A stretch of 63,482 nucleotides of DNA, filler included, from Rhabdomonas costata (lineage: Eukaryota), in NCBI GenBank assembly GCA_019059605.1. It is 49 parts of 49 records of this genome, joined end to end, with 100 filler letters (N's around TTAATTAATTAA, not from the genome) between each part and the next. Parts side by side here need not be neighbours in the genome. Positions count along the whole stretch, not along the records: positions 23,350 to 24,561 come from JAHMHO010023970.1; positions 24,662 to 25,856 come from JAHMHO010023971.1; positions 25,957 to 27,154 come from JAHMHO010023972.1; positions 27,255 to 28,452 come from JAHMHO010023973.1; positions 28,553 to 29,750 come from JAHMHO010023974.1; positions 29,851 to 31,048 come from JAHMHO010023975.1; positions 31,149 to 32,346 come from JAHMHO010023976.1; positions 32,447 to 33,644 come from JAHMHO010023977.1; 41 more parts are not named here. One strand, 5' to 3'. A program made the translations under genes and the position numbers. Below, piece after piece: positions 23,650 through 36,157 of this stretch (the first letter of the stretch is position 1; each line of letters starts with the position of its first letter). Under the pieces are notes generated by a model, which had not been told where the DNA came from, did not search any database, and saw nothing but the letters and a program-made list of their open reading frames with translations.

Positions 23650-24661
23650 TGTCTCTCAGCCTGAGAGGTCCGAAGTCGAACCCATGAACGAAGACCCTCA
23701 GCCGCAAGGGCCTTCTCAGGTGGATGTCTCTGAGTCGCTGTGTCGGCGGACTCTGGTTCACGCCAGTGAAGCCGGTTCAGTGGTCGCAGAACAGCTGGTG
23801 GCCAACCGAGAGATCTCTGTCTCCTCTCCCCACATGAGCAGATAAGCGTCTCGGAGGAGCAAGAAGTCCGAGCAGTTCAAGTAAGCGTCAACAGCTGCTC
23901 GCGCCCTGTGGGCGAGCCATCGGTGATATACGTGGCCGCCCAGAGTCAGAGACGCCTCAACCCAACGGACAGCAGCACCTCCAACGCGCCAAACAACAAC
24001 AAAGCAGGTGTGCAGAACAAGCAGCATAAGGACACGCCACAGCACACCGCGGCAAGGCGCTGGGTGTGTGAGTGCTACGAGGCTGTGGAACACGCTGGCC
24101 ATAGCGCACGCTCTCCTTGTTTGCGCGAGCCCGGGGGTGGTGGTGTTCCAGGCTTACTATACCGTGGAACTGGAAGCAACCACCGCCGGCGTGAAATTCG
24201 TGCGGAGCCGAACCCACGCCGCATTCTCGCGGCTCTTCACATGCCTCGGGTTTCCCCACGGACACACATGCATCATCCATGAAATAATCCACAACACCGC
24301 ACATGCATATGCTCGCCTCGCATGTGTGCCTTCTTCGCCACACACCAGACACCAGTCTCATATGTGCGTGTGCGTGTGTGCGTTTGTGCGAGCGTATGAA
24401 TAGGACCACACACCTCTTCCGCGACCCCAAGGGCCACCTTCCAGCAGATTAGCACCCGGGCTTCCCACAGAATGGCCTCCATCCGCGGGTTCTCGAAGCC
24501 TGTTAGCACGCACCGAAGGAGTGCAAACAGGCTTTGCAATGCTTTAGGCACCACCCCACACNNNNNNNNNNNNNNNNNNNNNNNNNNNNNNNNNNNNNNN
24601 NNNNNTTAATTAATTAANNNNNNNNNNNNNNNNNNNNNNNNNNNNNNNNNNNNNNNNNNNN

Positions 24662-25615
24662 ATGGAGCGGACGCAGAGCCTTCTGCACAGCCACGGCCAG
24701 CAAGGCCTGCACCTCGTCAAGGCCACCAGGGCGGAGGCGAGGTGCCTGAACTATGAAGGCACGAACACTCGGGCCGATGCTGAGGTTGGTGGTGGGCAGG
24801 CGCAGGAGGGGGAACCGGAGCTTTCCCTTGAGCCCACCGCACGCGTTTTTTGTTTTTGAGGATGACGGGAAGATTCCTTTGCTAAGGGGTTGAACTTTTC
24901 TCACGCAGACAGCAGAATTGCCAGGAGAAGTCTTCTGTAGGGGAGGGGAGGGGGGGCGAAAAGTGAGAATCAGCGGCGGCTTCTCATTGCCAGTGGTAAG
25001 TGGATAGGACCACAGAAGAGACCGAGTCCACGGATGAGACATGTAGCATCGTGCAATCTTCTGAGTTTGGAGGCTGTTTTTTTTTCCTGTCGGAAGGGCT
25101 TCCCAAGTTTGGCACCTGTATGTTTCCTTTCAGGAAAACATCACGGTGAAGGAGTTCGAGGGCACGGCTTTCAAGGTGGACGGACTGCTATTCTTCTCTC
25201 TTCTCATTACCAAACAACCCAGGCCTTCCTGTTTTGCGCCCTCATGTTTTGATCGACTAACTTTGAGAATCGTCGAAATGCTTTCTCCACATCCGTGGTT
25301 GTTGGTGGAGAGCAGTTGCCCTGATCAGGGCGGATGACCTCTGTGGCGGGCCGGATGATTGGGTACCCTTCTCCAGTTGGTTCGGCTCTCATTCGGCAAA
25401 AAAGTTCTAATCGGGGCATTGCCCAACGACGATCGACGGAGCGGGCGAAGATCGACATTTCAATAGGTGTTACCGATCGCAGTTTCTTGCCATGGTCGTC
25501 TTTTCCAGAGGATTGGCGTTGCTCGGCGGTCGCTGCGGGAGATCGCGATGATGGCGCACTTCCGGAACCACCCCAACGTCATCGGCCTGCGGGACTTCCT
25601 GTGCCTGCCGCAGGA
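24662..25615 (+). CDS. MAPK-like (CMGC) kinase N-lobe; exons ~24662-24736, 25134-25175, 25509-25615
   Basis: ENITVKEFEGTAFK-RIGVARRSLREIAMMAHFRNHPNVIGLRDFL matches the MAPK 'VAIKK...AKRTLREIKLLRHF.H.N.I.L.D' pattern. Confidence 0.8.
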
Positions 25616-26440
25616 GTGCGTGCTGATCGCAATCACGGAGCGGCTGGACTACGGTGTAGTTTCTTGTTGGAATCGTTCTGATTTTTTAATCAACGTTGCG
25701 GAGCAGATCTGGATGAATGCGCGGATGTAAGGCGACCAGGACGAAGAGGCAGTGATTCAACACCAAACGCCTCCCAACCCGCCCTGGTCCACAAAAATCA
25801 TGTCCACACAACAATGCGCCATAAAATCAGGTGGACCTCGGTGTGGTAAAACAAACNNNNNNNNNNNNNNNNNNNNNNNNNNNNNNNNNNNNNNNNNNNN
25901 TTAATTAATTAANNNNNNNNNNNNNNNNNNNNNNNNNNNNNNNNNNNNNNNNNNNNGTGTTGGGTGTGGTTGGTGGTGGGGGGGACTCTTGACGCTGGTC
26001 ATTGACCTTGTTTTGGTTGGTTGCCGTTTGTGTAAACCCGAATGTAATATACTTTTTTGTGATTAAGGTGTGGGGTGCGCCGTCCCGTTTGTAAGGGCAT
26101 GCCCTGTTCTGATTCTTATCAACGTTGCATCTATTGAGGTCAGGAATGGCCATACCTTCTCCATTCACTCTGGGCGACTTTTGGTGTTACTCATCGGATC
26201 AGTGCGACAAGCAAGTCTCATCATCGTCATCTTTTCCCATCCCTATCCTTCTCCAAGGTTACTCCGTGTAGACGAGGCGACACTGTGCAAAGGTGAATCC
26301 CTCCCGCAGAAAGTTTCACCGTCAACAGAGCCAGCGGATTTCGAGAACATAACGCAGCTGACAAGCACAGAGGACGGAGAGAGATCAGCTCTGCAACAAT
26401 CTGCAGTATTGGGAGCAACGTATCCACCTGTGTCCCTCAG

Positions 26441-27018
26441 GCTGGCTACAATGCTGGCCAAGGAGCAGAAGGATTACGAGGATGCCCTGGACCAGATGGT
26501 GGAAACCCAGGACCAGAGGCGAACCCGCCTCGCCCAGTGCGCGCTGGTGTGGCTCTAAAACGATAGTGGTGATGAGAATAGATTCAAAAGTGAATTGTTT
26601 TCCGAATGAGAGATGGGGGGGGTTAGCCTCAATAGAGAGCTGGAAAGAAGAGTCGCTGAGAGGCATGCCTTTTGCCTCGCTTGTGCATTAATCAACGTTC
26701 AAAAGACCTGAGTCGCTTCGTTTTCAGCCCCTGAGAGGTACATGTGCATGCTCAAGTTAAACTGCTTCATACTGAATGCACACATAATTGGGAAGTGCAC
26801 TGGAATGCGTCTTTGGAAAGCTATTAAATCTTCTTCCCATGGGCTGATACACTGCTGGGCAATAGCGATGGGATAGGTGACAGATAAGCGTTGCATATGT
26901 ATGTTCTTCACTCCATGTTGACATACGAACCACCACTGCCCACCACACAGGAGCTGAAGGAGCAGCGCGAGGCGAAGCGCAAGGCTGAGGCTGAGGAAAG
27001 ACTTGAGCGGGCTTTCCG
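26441..27018 (+). CDS. CFAP53: CFAP53/CCDC11-like flagellar coiled-coil protein; exons 26441-26546 and 26951-27018
   Basis: LATMLAKEQKDYEDALDQMVETQDQRRTRLAQCAL-ELKEQREAKRKAEAEERLERAFR follows the CFAP53 'L..E...Y..E....ET.EE...R......LKE.RE..R....EE.L...FR' pattern. Confidence 0.6.
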
Positions 27019-28262
27019 GTCGGCTCTCGCGTTTTCACATTCATCACCACCACCATGACTATTTTGCCCAACATGCGTGACATCACTATCCTCGCCATCG
27101 TTTTCCTTCTTACCCCTTTGTTTCCCTATCCTTACTCTCACAAACCCACCACCCNNNNNNNNNNNNNNNNNNNNNNNNNNNNNNNNNNNNNNNNNNNNTT
27201 AATTAATTAANNNNNNNNNNNNNNNNNNNNNNNNNNNNNNNNNNNNNNNNNNNNGGGTGTGGGGGTAGGTGCGACACATTCCAGACATACTGAACCAAGG
27301 CCTTTCCCAAAATCCCAACCGCAATGGCACAAACGTGCACACGCGCACACACATGCTCACTTTCTGAGCTTGGCGAAGACATTTTTTTCTGGGGGGGAGA
27401 CTAGTGATTCTCTTCTCCCCCGGGCTCCCCAACCAAGGCATTTGGCCTCACCGCCTTCGTTGTCCGCACAGCAGAAACAGCACAGACGCACATAACTGGG
27501 ACTGTGTGAGAAGTGGCATGCTTCACGATAAAAGGTGTGAAAGTTTCTGTACGGCTACAGCCTGATCACTTTGAAGTTGGTTGCCACTATCCCACACGGG
27601 TGCACGGAGCAAAGTCGTTCTCCCAAGCAAGGTTAGCAGAATGCCCAAAAACATGTGCGCACTACGTTAGTTTGACAGCCCTCAACCCTCGACAGGCACC
27701 TCAACATTTACGACCAGCCAAAGCATGCATCGCCCTCGAATGGGAATGGAAACCGCATGAGATTGGCCAGACCTTGAACACAAAGGAATAGCTGTTGTCC
27801 TTCATAACGGCGTGGCTGGTGTAGATTCCGCCCGGGGGAAGGCAAGACAAGGCCTCGGCGACACACAGCGCATTGCCTTAAGGAAAAAGGTAGGAAGTGG
27901 GTGTGAGAGTTTGGGGCAAGACATAAGAGGATTATTTCCACACGGATTCCCTTCTAAGTTCAGTGAATGACAGGTCCCCCTTGCGCGCTTGCACATGAAT
28001 TCGTGCAGTGGCAATGAGACAGTTTTTCGATTGCAGCATATACCCCCAAGCCACAAGTGGGCAGCAAACGCAACTCACTTCAGGCTGCCTTAAAAAACAA
28101 CTGATGTTCACATTCCATGGACACACACATGCGCCGAAATGTTGGGGGTGGGGTGAGGTGAAGTGTGAAGTCGTGTGTGTTTGGAAGGGTGCCCACCAGT
28201 CACACTGGTCCAGAAATCGAGAGTTTCCAACCTTACGCACAGGACAGAAGCACCCATCACAC

Positions 28263-28452
28263 CCATCACGAGGTATTTCGCCACCCCGCTCCCGCACAGC
28301 GTCCCGGAGAACCCACAGCCGTAGTGCAGTCCCACGGCCACGGGGAGCGTCCGCAGACCCTCCGCCCCGCGGGAGGAGTTCAGCTTCTCCACCGCCGCCA
28401 TAAGCTGCAGCGCGCACTCGCACATCAGAGACCGCGCCGAGGCCACGAACTC
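28263..28452 (-). CDS. Class III adenylate/guanylate cyclase domain exon (divergent)
   Basis: CECALQLMAAVEKLNSSRGAEGLRTLPVAVGLHYG...G...KYLVMG. Confidence 0.78.
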
Positions 28453-30146
28453 NNNNNNNNNNNNNNNNNNNNNNNNNNNNNNNNNNNNNNNNNNNNTTAA
28501 TTAATTAANNNNNNNNNNNNNNNNNNNNNNNNNNNNNNNNNNNNNNNNNNNNTGTGTTGTGGCCTGAGAATAGATACAAGCGGTAATGTTTTTGTGACGT
28601 GAAAATGGTTTGCAAGCAATGAATTATTTAGCTTAATAGCACAGCAATAGACTATGAAATCGGCGACAGCATTACAATTCCTCGACGTCTTGGTCAGCTG
28701 GATCTTGGCCTTAGGCAGTGGTGTGCTTAGCGATCGTCAGCCCTTTTACTTTGAAAAGATTATTCAAGTAGTTTCGCATAATTCTAAACATTCTAACCGT
28801 CCGCACTATTTTCACAAACACTCTTGCAAATACAGTTTATTGTAACCTAGAACAGCTGTCGCACAGCCTGAATCATTCCTTTATTAATTATTCAAGATGG
28901 GACTGCTGCGATTACTTTTTTCAAGTTCTGGCAATTTCTTTTTGTATCCATTTGCATTTAAAACGACTAAAACTTCGCACAACTTCTGTATAGACAATGC
29001 AAGCACAACAGCAACAATTTCATACACTTTCACTGCTTTACTTGTTTTGCGATGTCTTTTTCTGATCAACTATTCTAACTTTCAGCACCACTCAAACTAT
29101 AGAAAGACTTCCGGAGAAAGTTTACAAAATAGCTTCAATAGATTTATTCAGTTTTGTTCACTCGAAGTATTGCCTTAATTATTCGCACACATTCTCCAAC
29201 AGTCGATGCAATGCGTGCGCTCTCCACATATCCTTTCACTTAAATGACTTTCAACTTTCTTGTGCACCAATTTTTTTGTCGCCTGTTATGAAAATTCCAA
29301 TTTCAAAACTGTGTTGAGATATCAAATGCCAAAACTTAACAATTGTTGATATAGGACAGGTGTGAACATGACAACCGCTAATTTCTATGTCGCGTTTATA
29401 CACCGATATCAAAATTATACTTTCCACGGCTAATTACACCTTAAACTCAGAACTCGTGCTTTTTGGCATCAGTATGGACACAGAGAAGCCCAGTGGCAGT
29501 TTCAAGCGTTCCAGGTCCTCAATTGAAAACTTTTACAAACTCAGTTTCGGGATGCAATTCATTATTCTACATCACTCTGTAAGTTAACCGCCGGTATCGG
29601 AATTATTGGTCTCTAACTTCTACGGTTGTATGGGCGCCAAACTCGCCAGCAAATATGGGTTGCACAAGCCTTCTGTTATCTGTTCTTCTTCATATTTCGG
29701 TACAACGGTACTCATTTGTAAAATGTTTTTTTTTGATTACACCCAAACCCNNNNNNNNNNNNNNNNNNNNNNNNNNNNNNNNNNNNNNNNNNNNTTAATT
29801 AATTAANNNNNNNNNNNNNNNNNNNNNNNNNNNNNNNNNNNNNNNNNNNNTGTGGTGGGGGGTACTGTTCGCTTGAGATGAGGTTGGATGCCCATGGTCA
29901 TGCGCATTGATTGCTGTTGAGCCTTAGTGCGCACAAGTGTTCACAGGAGGACAGGGAGACGTCGTCAGCAGGTGGTTTTGGTTCGAGTCGATAAGTGTGG
30001 TTAGGGCAGAAGCGAGCGAGGCACAAGACAGGCGCTTCACTTGTTTATGTACGAGGATTCATTCAAGAGCTCCTTTTCTTAAACAAACTGACAAAAAAGC
30101 CTCTTAAGGAAAAAAGAACCGCCCCAAGCGGCCCACAGCCACCTAC

Positions 30147-30289
30147 CTGTACTCTTCCAACACGCTGGTCCCCTCTGAGGACACAGCGGCCTTGCGAGGC
30201 TTTGCCTTAGGAATGGGCACGGGCTTGACGCACTGCGCTGCGGGGGAAAGGTAGTCCAGGTTCTCGATCTTCACCGCGGATGAAAGCAT
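30147..30289 (-). CDS. NAR1: First exon of cytosolic Fe-S assembly factor Nar1/CIAO3 (NARFL)
   Basis: MLSSAVKIENLDYLSPAAQCVKPV matches the Nar1 N-terminus pattern 'S.A..L.DLDD(F/Y)I.PSQ.CIKPV'; GTAGGT donor. Confidence 0.7.
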
Positions 30290-31987
30290 TCTCGCTTTTT
30301 TAAGCGGATGCGTCGCGAATCTCACCAAGAAAAAACAGAACTCCTGCCAGCCATCAGGCGCACTGGTTTGCCGGTGTAAGCTGTGGGCTCTTTGCTTTGC
30401 TTGCTTGCGTCGCATAAGCATATTTATGAATAAGGAATTATGGGACATCCTTGCTGCGATACTACTTATTCACACCCACCCCCGATCAAATACCCCGCCC
30501 TCCGCAGCCCGGTGACCCGAGAGAGGGTCCTCAACTTAAAAACAGACGTCGCATCAGCGAGTTAAATTGTACTAAAAATCGCGGATAACTCGTATACATC
30601 ACATGCAAGCCAGGAAGACAAAGCAGAGTGGGATCTTGCGGTTTCCTATGCCGGGTACTGCACAGTATCAAATTACTACTAAAAAATAAAGCTCACTCTC
30701 AAACATACAAAATAGATGACCAAGGGCAAAAGCGCACCAAGCATTCGATCTGGTCGAGGCTAGGATTTACGTAATGCAATGTTAGCCAGGTTGCCAGGAG
30801 CTCTTGTGAAATCCCCTCCTCCACTCTAGCGATAAGCGTTTACAGGGATTTTCGGAACGCTCTGGAAACAGCGCAGCGTTACCATCCAAAGGGGTACCTC
30901 ACACAGAGTACAAAATGCACGGCACACGAAGCCATCGGACACTCAGAGCACGGTGAGGTGAACGATCGCTTTGTCAAGAGACAACATCGAAATTTACAAA
31001 ACGCATCACACACATGAAGTGCACGAACATGCAAGCGAAAAAAAACACNNNNNNNNNNNNNNNNNNNNNNNNNNNNNNNNNNNNNNNNNNNNTTAATTAA
31101 TTAANNNNNNNNNNNNNNNNNNNNNNNNNNNNNNNNNNNNNNNNNNNNGGGGGTGGTGAAAGGGGAAAGAGGTGGGCACGAAGGGGAGCGTGACAAGTAT
31201 TCAGCCCCGGAGAAGTTCAGTGTGTGAGTTTGTTGGTGCGAAAGAAGGAGAAGGGGGACTTCCCACTCCCACTTTTCTCAGGGAGAAAATGGGGTAGAGT
31301 GAGGTGGAAGTCTTGCGACCGGGTAGAGTTGGGGTGGGAGAAAGCGAGGAAGAAGGAAGGACTCTCGAGAATGAGAGGAGAGGGTATGCAGCAGCAGTAG
31401 GGTGTGTATGTGTGTGTTGCTGTAAATCGGTGACAGGCAGCATCACTTCGTAAAAAAACTAGACCTAAGTTGGGGGATCCGAGACCCGTATAGATCTCCG
31501 CGGACTGTTCGAAAAATAGCATTCATCGACACTGGCACAGGGTGTATTGCAGAGCTCATTCGTTTACGCATATATTCGAGAAGCTTCACGGGCAGCGGGG
31601 TGGGCTGAGGCTCCACGGATAAAGTGATGAAAAAGTAGATATGATGTTGCGACCGAACCCTAAAGTTGGCTCCGAAAAATGTTACAAATATAACGTCCGC
31701 ATGCGTTCAGCTAACGAGCAAATTGTCAATGTCACCACTAAACCAGGCGTTTTTTCAGCAAAACGGGTGAAGAAAAAACTCGATTTCAACCATACATTGG
31801 TTTGCTGGTTTTTTTTAAATTGTTTGAGTTTCCGATCTAACTTCTTAGAATTTAGGTGACGTGGGCGATATTCCTGATACTGCAAAGACTAAACGTCAGT
31901 CTGTTGCTGTGGACGTGAAGGTAAATGAGGTTGAGGTTGTGCATCTTGTGCGAGCGGGTGAGTAGAGAGAGCGGGGCGCTGTTCGCC

Positions 31988-32099
31988 TTACACGCCCTCC
32001 ACGGCGGCGGGGCGCCAGAAGCCGGACTGACCCCCGCTGATCGGGGCGTAGTCATCCTCCCGCGTGCAGTACACCACGAGCACGGAGACCAGAGCAAGC
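31988..32099 (-). CDS. Probable terminal exon of a membrane protein
   Basis: TAG acceptor, then LALVSVLVVYCTREDDYAPISGGQSGFWRPAAVEGV and TAA. Confidence 0.4.
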
Positions 32100-32989
32100 C
32101 TACACGCCCCGCGTGACCCACCCGAACGTTTGCGCGAGTGAGCAATGTTGAGAGCGGATCGTATTGCAGCGGATTGCAGGCGAAAGTTCTTAAGGGAAAG
32201 CTCGCCATCACAAACCTTCATGAAAATGCCGTGCGGAGGCGATCTTCCTGACGAGTGTGATTGTTTTCGAGTTTCCACACAAGCAAGCGCCCGCGGAGAC
32301 ATGTCGTGTGGAGGTAATCACAGTTGTGATCACCTCCACACCAACANNNNNNNNNNNNNNNNNNNNNNNNNNNNNNNNNNNNNNNNNNNNTTAATTAATT
32401 AANNNNNNNNNNNNNNNNNNNNNNNNNNNNNNNNNNNNNNNNNNNNGTGTTGGGTGTGTGTGGGTGTGTTGTTGGCAGATGTGAAGATATAAAACGGCTG
32501 TGAGAGACACCCGAAGTGCTTTGGGGACGGGCAAAACGTCAGTTTTCAATGCGAGTCGCGTTCACCTTTGCATTACGAGTTGAACGTGAAACCAAACCAG
32601 CAATGTCAGTCATGTCAGTCAAAACACAAAACCTTTCAGGGGCTAAGCGGAACTTCTCAGCAGTTCAAGGGGAAGAAAAACGGAATGCGCATACGAGAGA
32701 AGAAGAAGAAACCATCTTCTTTGAATTATGAAGTATGGCCAAGAGTCTTCCAAACGCATGGTTTCGAGCAGAACAACAGGCGGACAGGCGGGTGAAAGAA
32801 GCAAAAGCTCCGGAAATTGTCGGGCAAAAAAGTGCCCTTCTGAGTTGCCTTCTCGGCCTCTCTGCGGGTGTTCGCACCCGAGCTGAAATTTCAACTTCTT
32901 CTTGAAGTCGAGCACTCATAGTTGCCGTGGCAACAATTTAGGCCGTTTTTTGGTCACTTATGTAGTTACTTCGAAGTTGTGGGTTGCCT

Positions 32990-33062
32990 GTACTGCTGTG
33001 GGATTTGAACCCGCGGACGCAAGAATACGGGTTCTGCCAGATACCAACTGCGCTACTGTGAA
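32990..33062 (-). pseudogene. tRNA-like element (pseudo-tRNA or SINE head) with Pol III A and B boxes
   Basis: Minus strand has TAGCGCAGTTGGT (A box/D arm) and GGGTTCAAATCCC (T arm/B box); acceptor stem does not pair. Confidence 0.55.
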
Positions 33063-33147
33063 CTGTTGGTAGCTGCTGATGTAGAATCGGTAGACATGTT
33101 GGCACTGCCTGAGCGTTTTTTTTGAGTGAAGCACAACTAAACCAGAC

Positions 33148-33218
33148 ACATGCGCGTTGAAGTGGTTAGGTTTCGGTTTCATCCCCCGAGTGATGCAGGT
33201 TCGAACCCTGGACAGAAG
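33148..33218 (+). pseudogene. Second, divergently oriented tRNA-like element
   Basis: AGTGGTT (D-loop-like), TCGG..CCGA stem, and CAGG-TTCGAAC-CCTG T arm; no clean acceptor stem. Confidence 0.4.
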
Positions 33219-34193
33219 AATTATCTCGGTGACACAGGTGCTTGTACGTGACTACTGTCTGAATGAAGCAAACCACAATTATCCACTCTGCCTAACGAGG
33301 ACAGTCCTCGTCAACTCTAGGACTAACACCGACTCTAGCTGCATGGGCCCAACCCATGCTTCGTGGTAACCAACCCAAACACAGCACAACCCAAACGCCC
33401 GAGAGCATTTAAACCCACTCACACGACATAAATGCTCTCTGGAAAGAAAAATGCGTTTGACATAAACGCATTGAAACTGACGTTTCCCCGATGTCCCTTC
33501 CTTCTCATCACGTTCCTAGACATTCTCTTTTCTTTTGCCGGCCCCCCTCTTTCTTTCTTCCTCCCTTCCTGTCACTGAACCGATGAGTTCCAACTCTTCG
33601 GACGCTGGCCCTCCATCGAAGGCCGCCCGAGTCGACGGGAACCCNNNNNNNNNNNNNNNNNNNNNNNNNNNNNNNNNNNNNNNNNNNNTTAATTAATTAA
33701 NNNNNNNNNNNNNNNNNNNNNNNNNNNNNNNNNNNNNNNNNNNNCCTGATCCTGAGGTGTTCCTGCCTCGTTGGTGCACATAACGTGGGGCAATCTTGGG
33801 CCGGGGAATACTTGATACAAGAGCAGAGTCCTTCCGTCATATGCCACCAACCGTGAGCTGGAGTCAATGTGATGGCCATTCTCAACGCTTGTCTGTTGAG
33901 GGAAGGCAAAACGAAACCCACAGCTGGAGCATTTGGTGCGCATGATATTTGCACACCAAAATCGAACCGTCATCACCCCCGAGCAGAACGGCACTCCACC
34001 TTTCCTACGCCCAGCATGACCCTTCCATTTTTTTTAAGGTGCTTCCTCATAATCCAGTCCTCTCAAACGATCTTCGGTTGATTGCAAACGACCGTCTTCA
34101 TATGAAACGATTCCAGTTCCAGTGCAAAGTTCTTGTCCAAATATTCCATACATTAAGTGATTTTTCCTATTCATGGGCATCTTTTTCAATCAG

Positions 34194-34409
34194 AGTTGTC
34201 CTGCTAAGCCCTTCGTGGAGGTGGTCACCCAGTTTGTTGGAATCTTCCCGAACATTGCGGCGGAACTGCGGGGAAACCTGAATACCTCCAGAATGAACTT
34301 CTCTCGAGGACTTCTGGGAGAGGTTTTGGAGTTTCCCTTGGATGAGGACGACGTCTGTGGCAACGGAGTCAGGTTTCCAAAGGAGGACTGCGATGATGGA
34401 AACCTTAAG
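34194..34409 (+). CDS. Exon containing a Myxococcus-type cysteine-rich repeat (DUF4215-like)
   Basis: 216-nt phase-0 exon ending VCGNGVRFPKEDCDDGNLK (CGNG....E.CDDGN motif). Confidence 0.75.
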
Positions 34410-35456
34410 GTTGTGCATCGGCTTGTTGACTTCAACGCACTTGGTATACGGTAGATTATCACCCAGGCAGACTCAGGCAGCAAAAATCGGCAGGCATCCT
34501 GCAAATATCCCTCTAATGGACTTGATGCCAGGAGGATTTCCATGGTGGGAGCGCCCATTAATATCATCATCATTATTCCGTGCATATTATCATTTTGCTG
34601 TTTCGGTAGTATGCATCAGTATGCCACATTCAAGTTTACGTTGTTCAAATGTGTCTTATATTTAGAAAGGGTAAGGTGACTTGTTCTTGTGATCAAGGAC
34701 CGCGCTGCTGTGACTGCGGAAAGTGCACATGGGATCTTGAACACTCACAACTTCGGGAACCTCGCAGTTACTGGCTGACCCTAATGGCTCCTTACGTAAT
34801 GACCTGCAGTGCGAGCACCATAGCCTGCCACTCCATACTTTCTGTTGTGAGACTTTTACAGGGAGACAAAAGGGTGATAACATGGCTCGGTCTTTGTCAA
34901 CAGTGAGTGGAATATGCAAAGAGGAAAATATAACCCACAAAANNNNNNNNNNNNNNNNNNNNNNNNNNNNNNNNNNNNNNNNNNNNTTAATTAATTAANN
35001 NNNNNNNNNNNNNNNNNNNNNNNNNNNNNNNNNNNNNNNNNNTTGTGGTGGGAGTGAGCGACTTTCAGGCCTCCGGAATTCACAGGCACATATCAGCAAG
35101 TGGGAAACCATGGAAGAGGAGCAAAAAGTTGGGCAAGAGGAAAGTAAACTGTTACAACAAAACACTCATGTGGGGTTTTTGTTCATATGTAGTGGGTGCC
35201 GTCAATAAGCGTTCCCTCCGCCGCGCGGGGAAAAGAAGCGACACAATATTTTAAGAAAAATTTTGGAAGGAGCCGCCAAGGGACACGGGTACCGGCCTAA
35301 GGTTCGCATGCACACTCACACTCTCGAGCCGTCTCAATTCTGGCCGCTTGGTTCCCCTTTGGATGCTTCGAATGTGGCCACACACCTCCCCTGGGGAATC
35401 TACTGGCTCGCATTTTGGTGTTTTTTTTATCTCTGTGGTTCTCCGGCGCACGCCAG

Positions 35457-36157
35457 ATTCATCCCTCACTGTTCTCGTACCACGCTGGCCCGGTGGACCA
35501 TGTGCTGCTGCTTCGGCGCCGACACACCTCGGGGTACACCGCCAGGTGCTTGCACATGACACACTCACTCACTCGCAAGATGAATTCGCAATCCCCTGAT
35601 TCGCATATGGATCAGAATCAGAGGGCGTGCCTGTTCGTAACATTTTCCAATTTTGAGGTCGAAAAGGGGTCATACTTGTAAAGGTCAAATCACCGTGACA
35701 GTGACCTTGGCACAAAGGTGCACATGAGATCGGAAAAAGCGGGAAGACAAACTAATTTATAGAGGGATAGGTTGGACACGAACGACCAGCGCCCGAGACG
35801 CTTTTACGTTTTTCTTTATGCTTGTGCTTGTGAGTGCTAATGTTTTCGTGTGTTCACTGATAGTGATTTCTGAAGAAGAGAGGAAGTAGTGCTTAACTTG
35901 ACTTCAGGCTCCTGTCGTACCTGTGGGTTTTTTAATGTGTTGGCTTGGGCAAGATGAAAACGTACTGCGTGCTATTGATATGTGCTCATGTGCATAGTCA
36001 AGGTCTTTGGCAATTCTTTCTGCTGTTTGCTTCTTCTTCACGAGTGGAAGGCAAGCGGAAGCTGGTTCAAGGTGGTGGGTTGTTTGCGGGTGGGACCCGT
36101 TCTTAGATACACTACGGGGCTGACCTTCGGCCCTGGGGGCATCAGCAGTGACCACAT
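35457..36157 (+). CDS. Endonuclease/exonuclease/phosphatase (EEP) fold C-terminus; exons 35457-35545 and 36107-36157
   Basis: Spliced LFSYHAGPVDHVLL...GYTAR-YTTGLTFGPGGISSDH gives the EEP 'D-H/Y-hydrophobic...SDH' motifs across a phase-2 GT-AG intron. Confidence 0.5.

Noticed and set aside
23294..23761. ORFs with HT/CV dipeptide repeats
   Set aside because: They are translations of the (GT)n microsatellite
28553..29750. Possible ORF in a genetic code with all three stop codons reassigned
   Set aside because: All three minus-strand frames look similarly protein-like, stop density is about what AT-rich DNA gives by chance, and there is no recognisable homolog to anchor the claim
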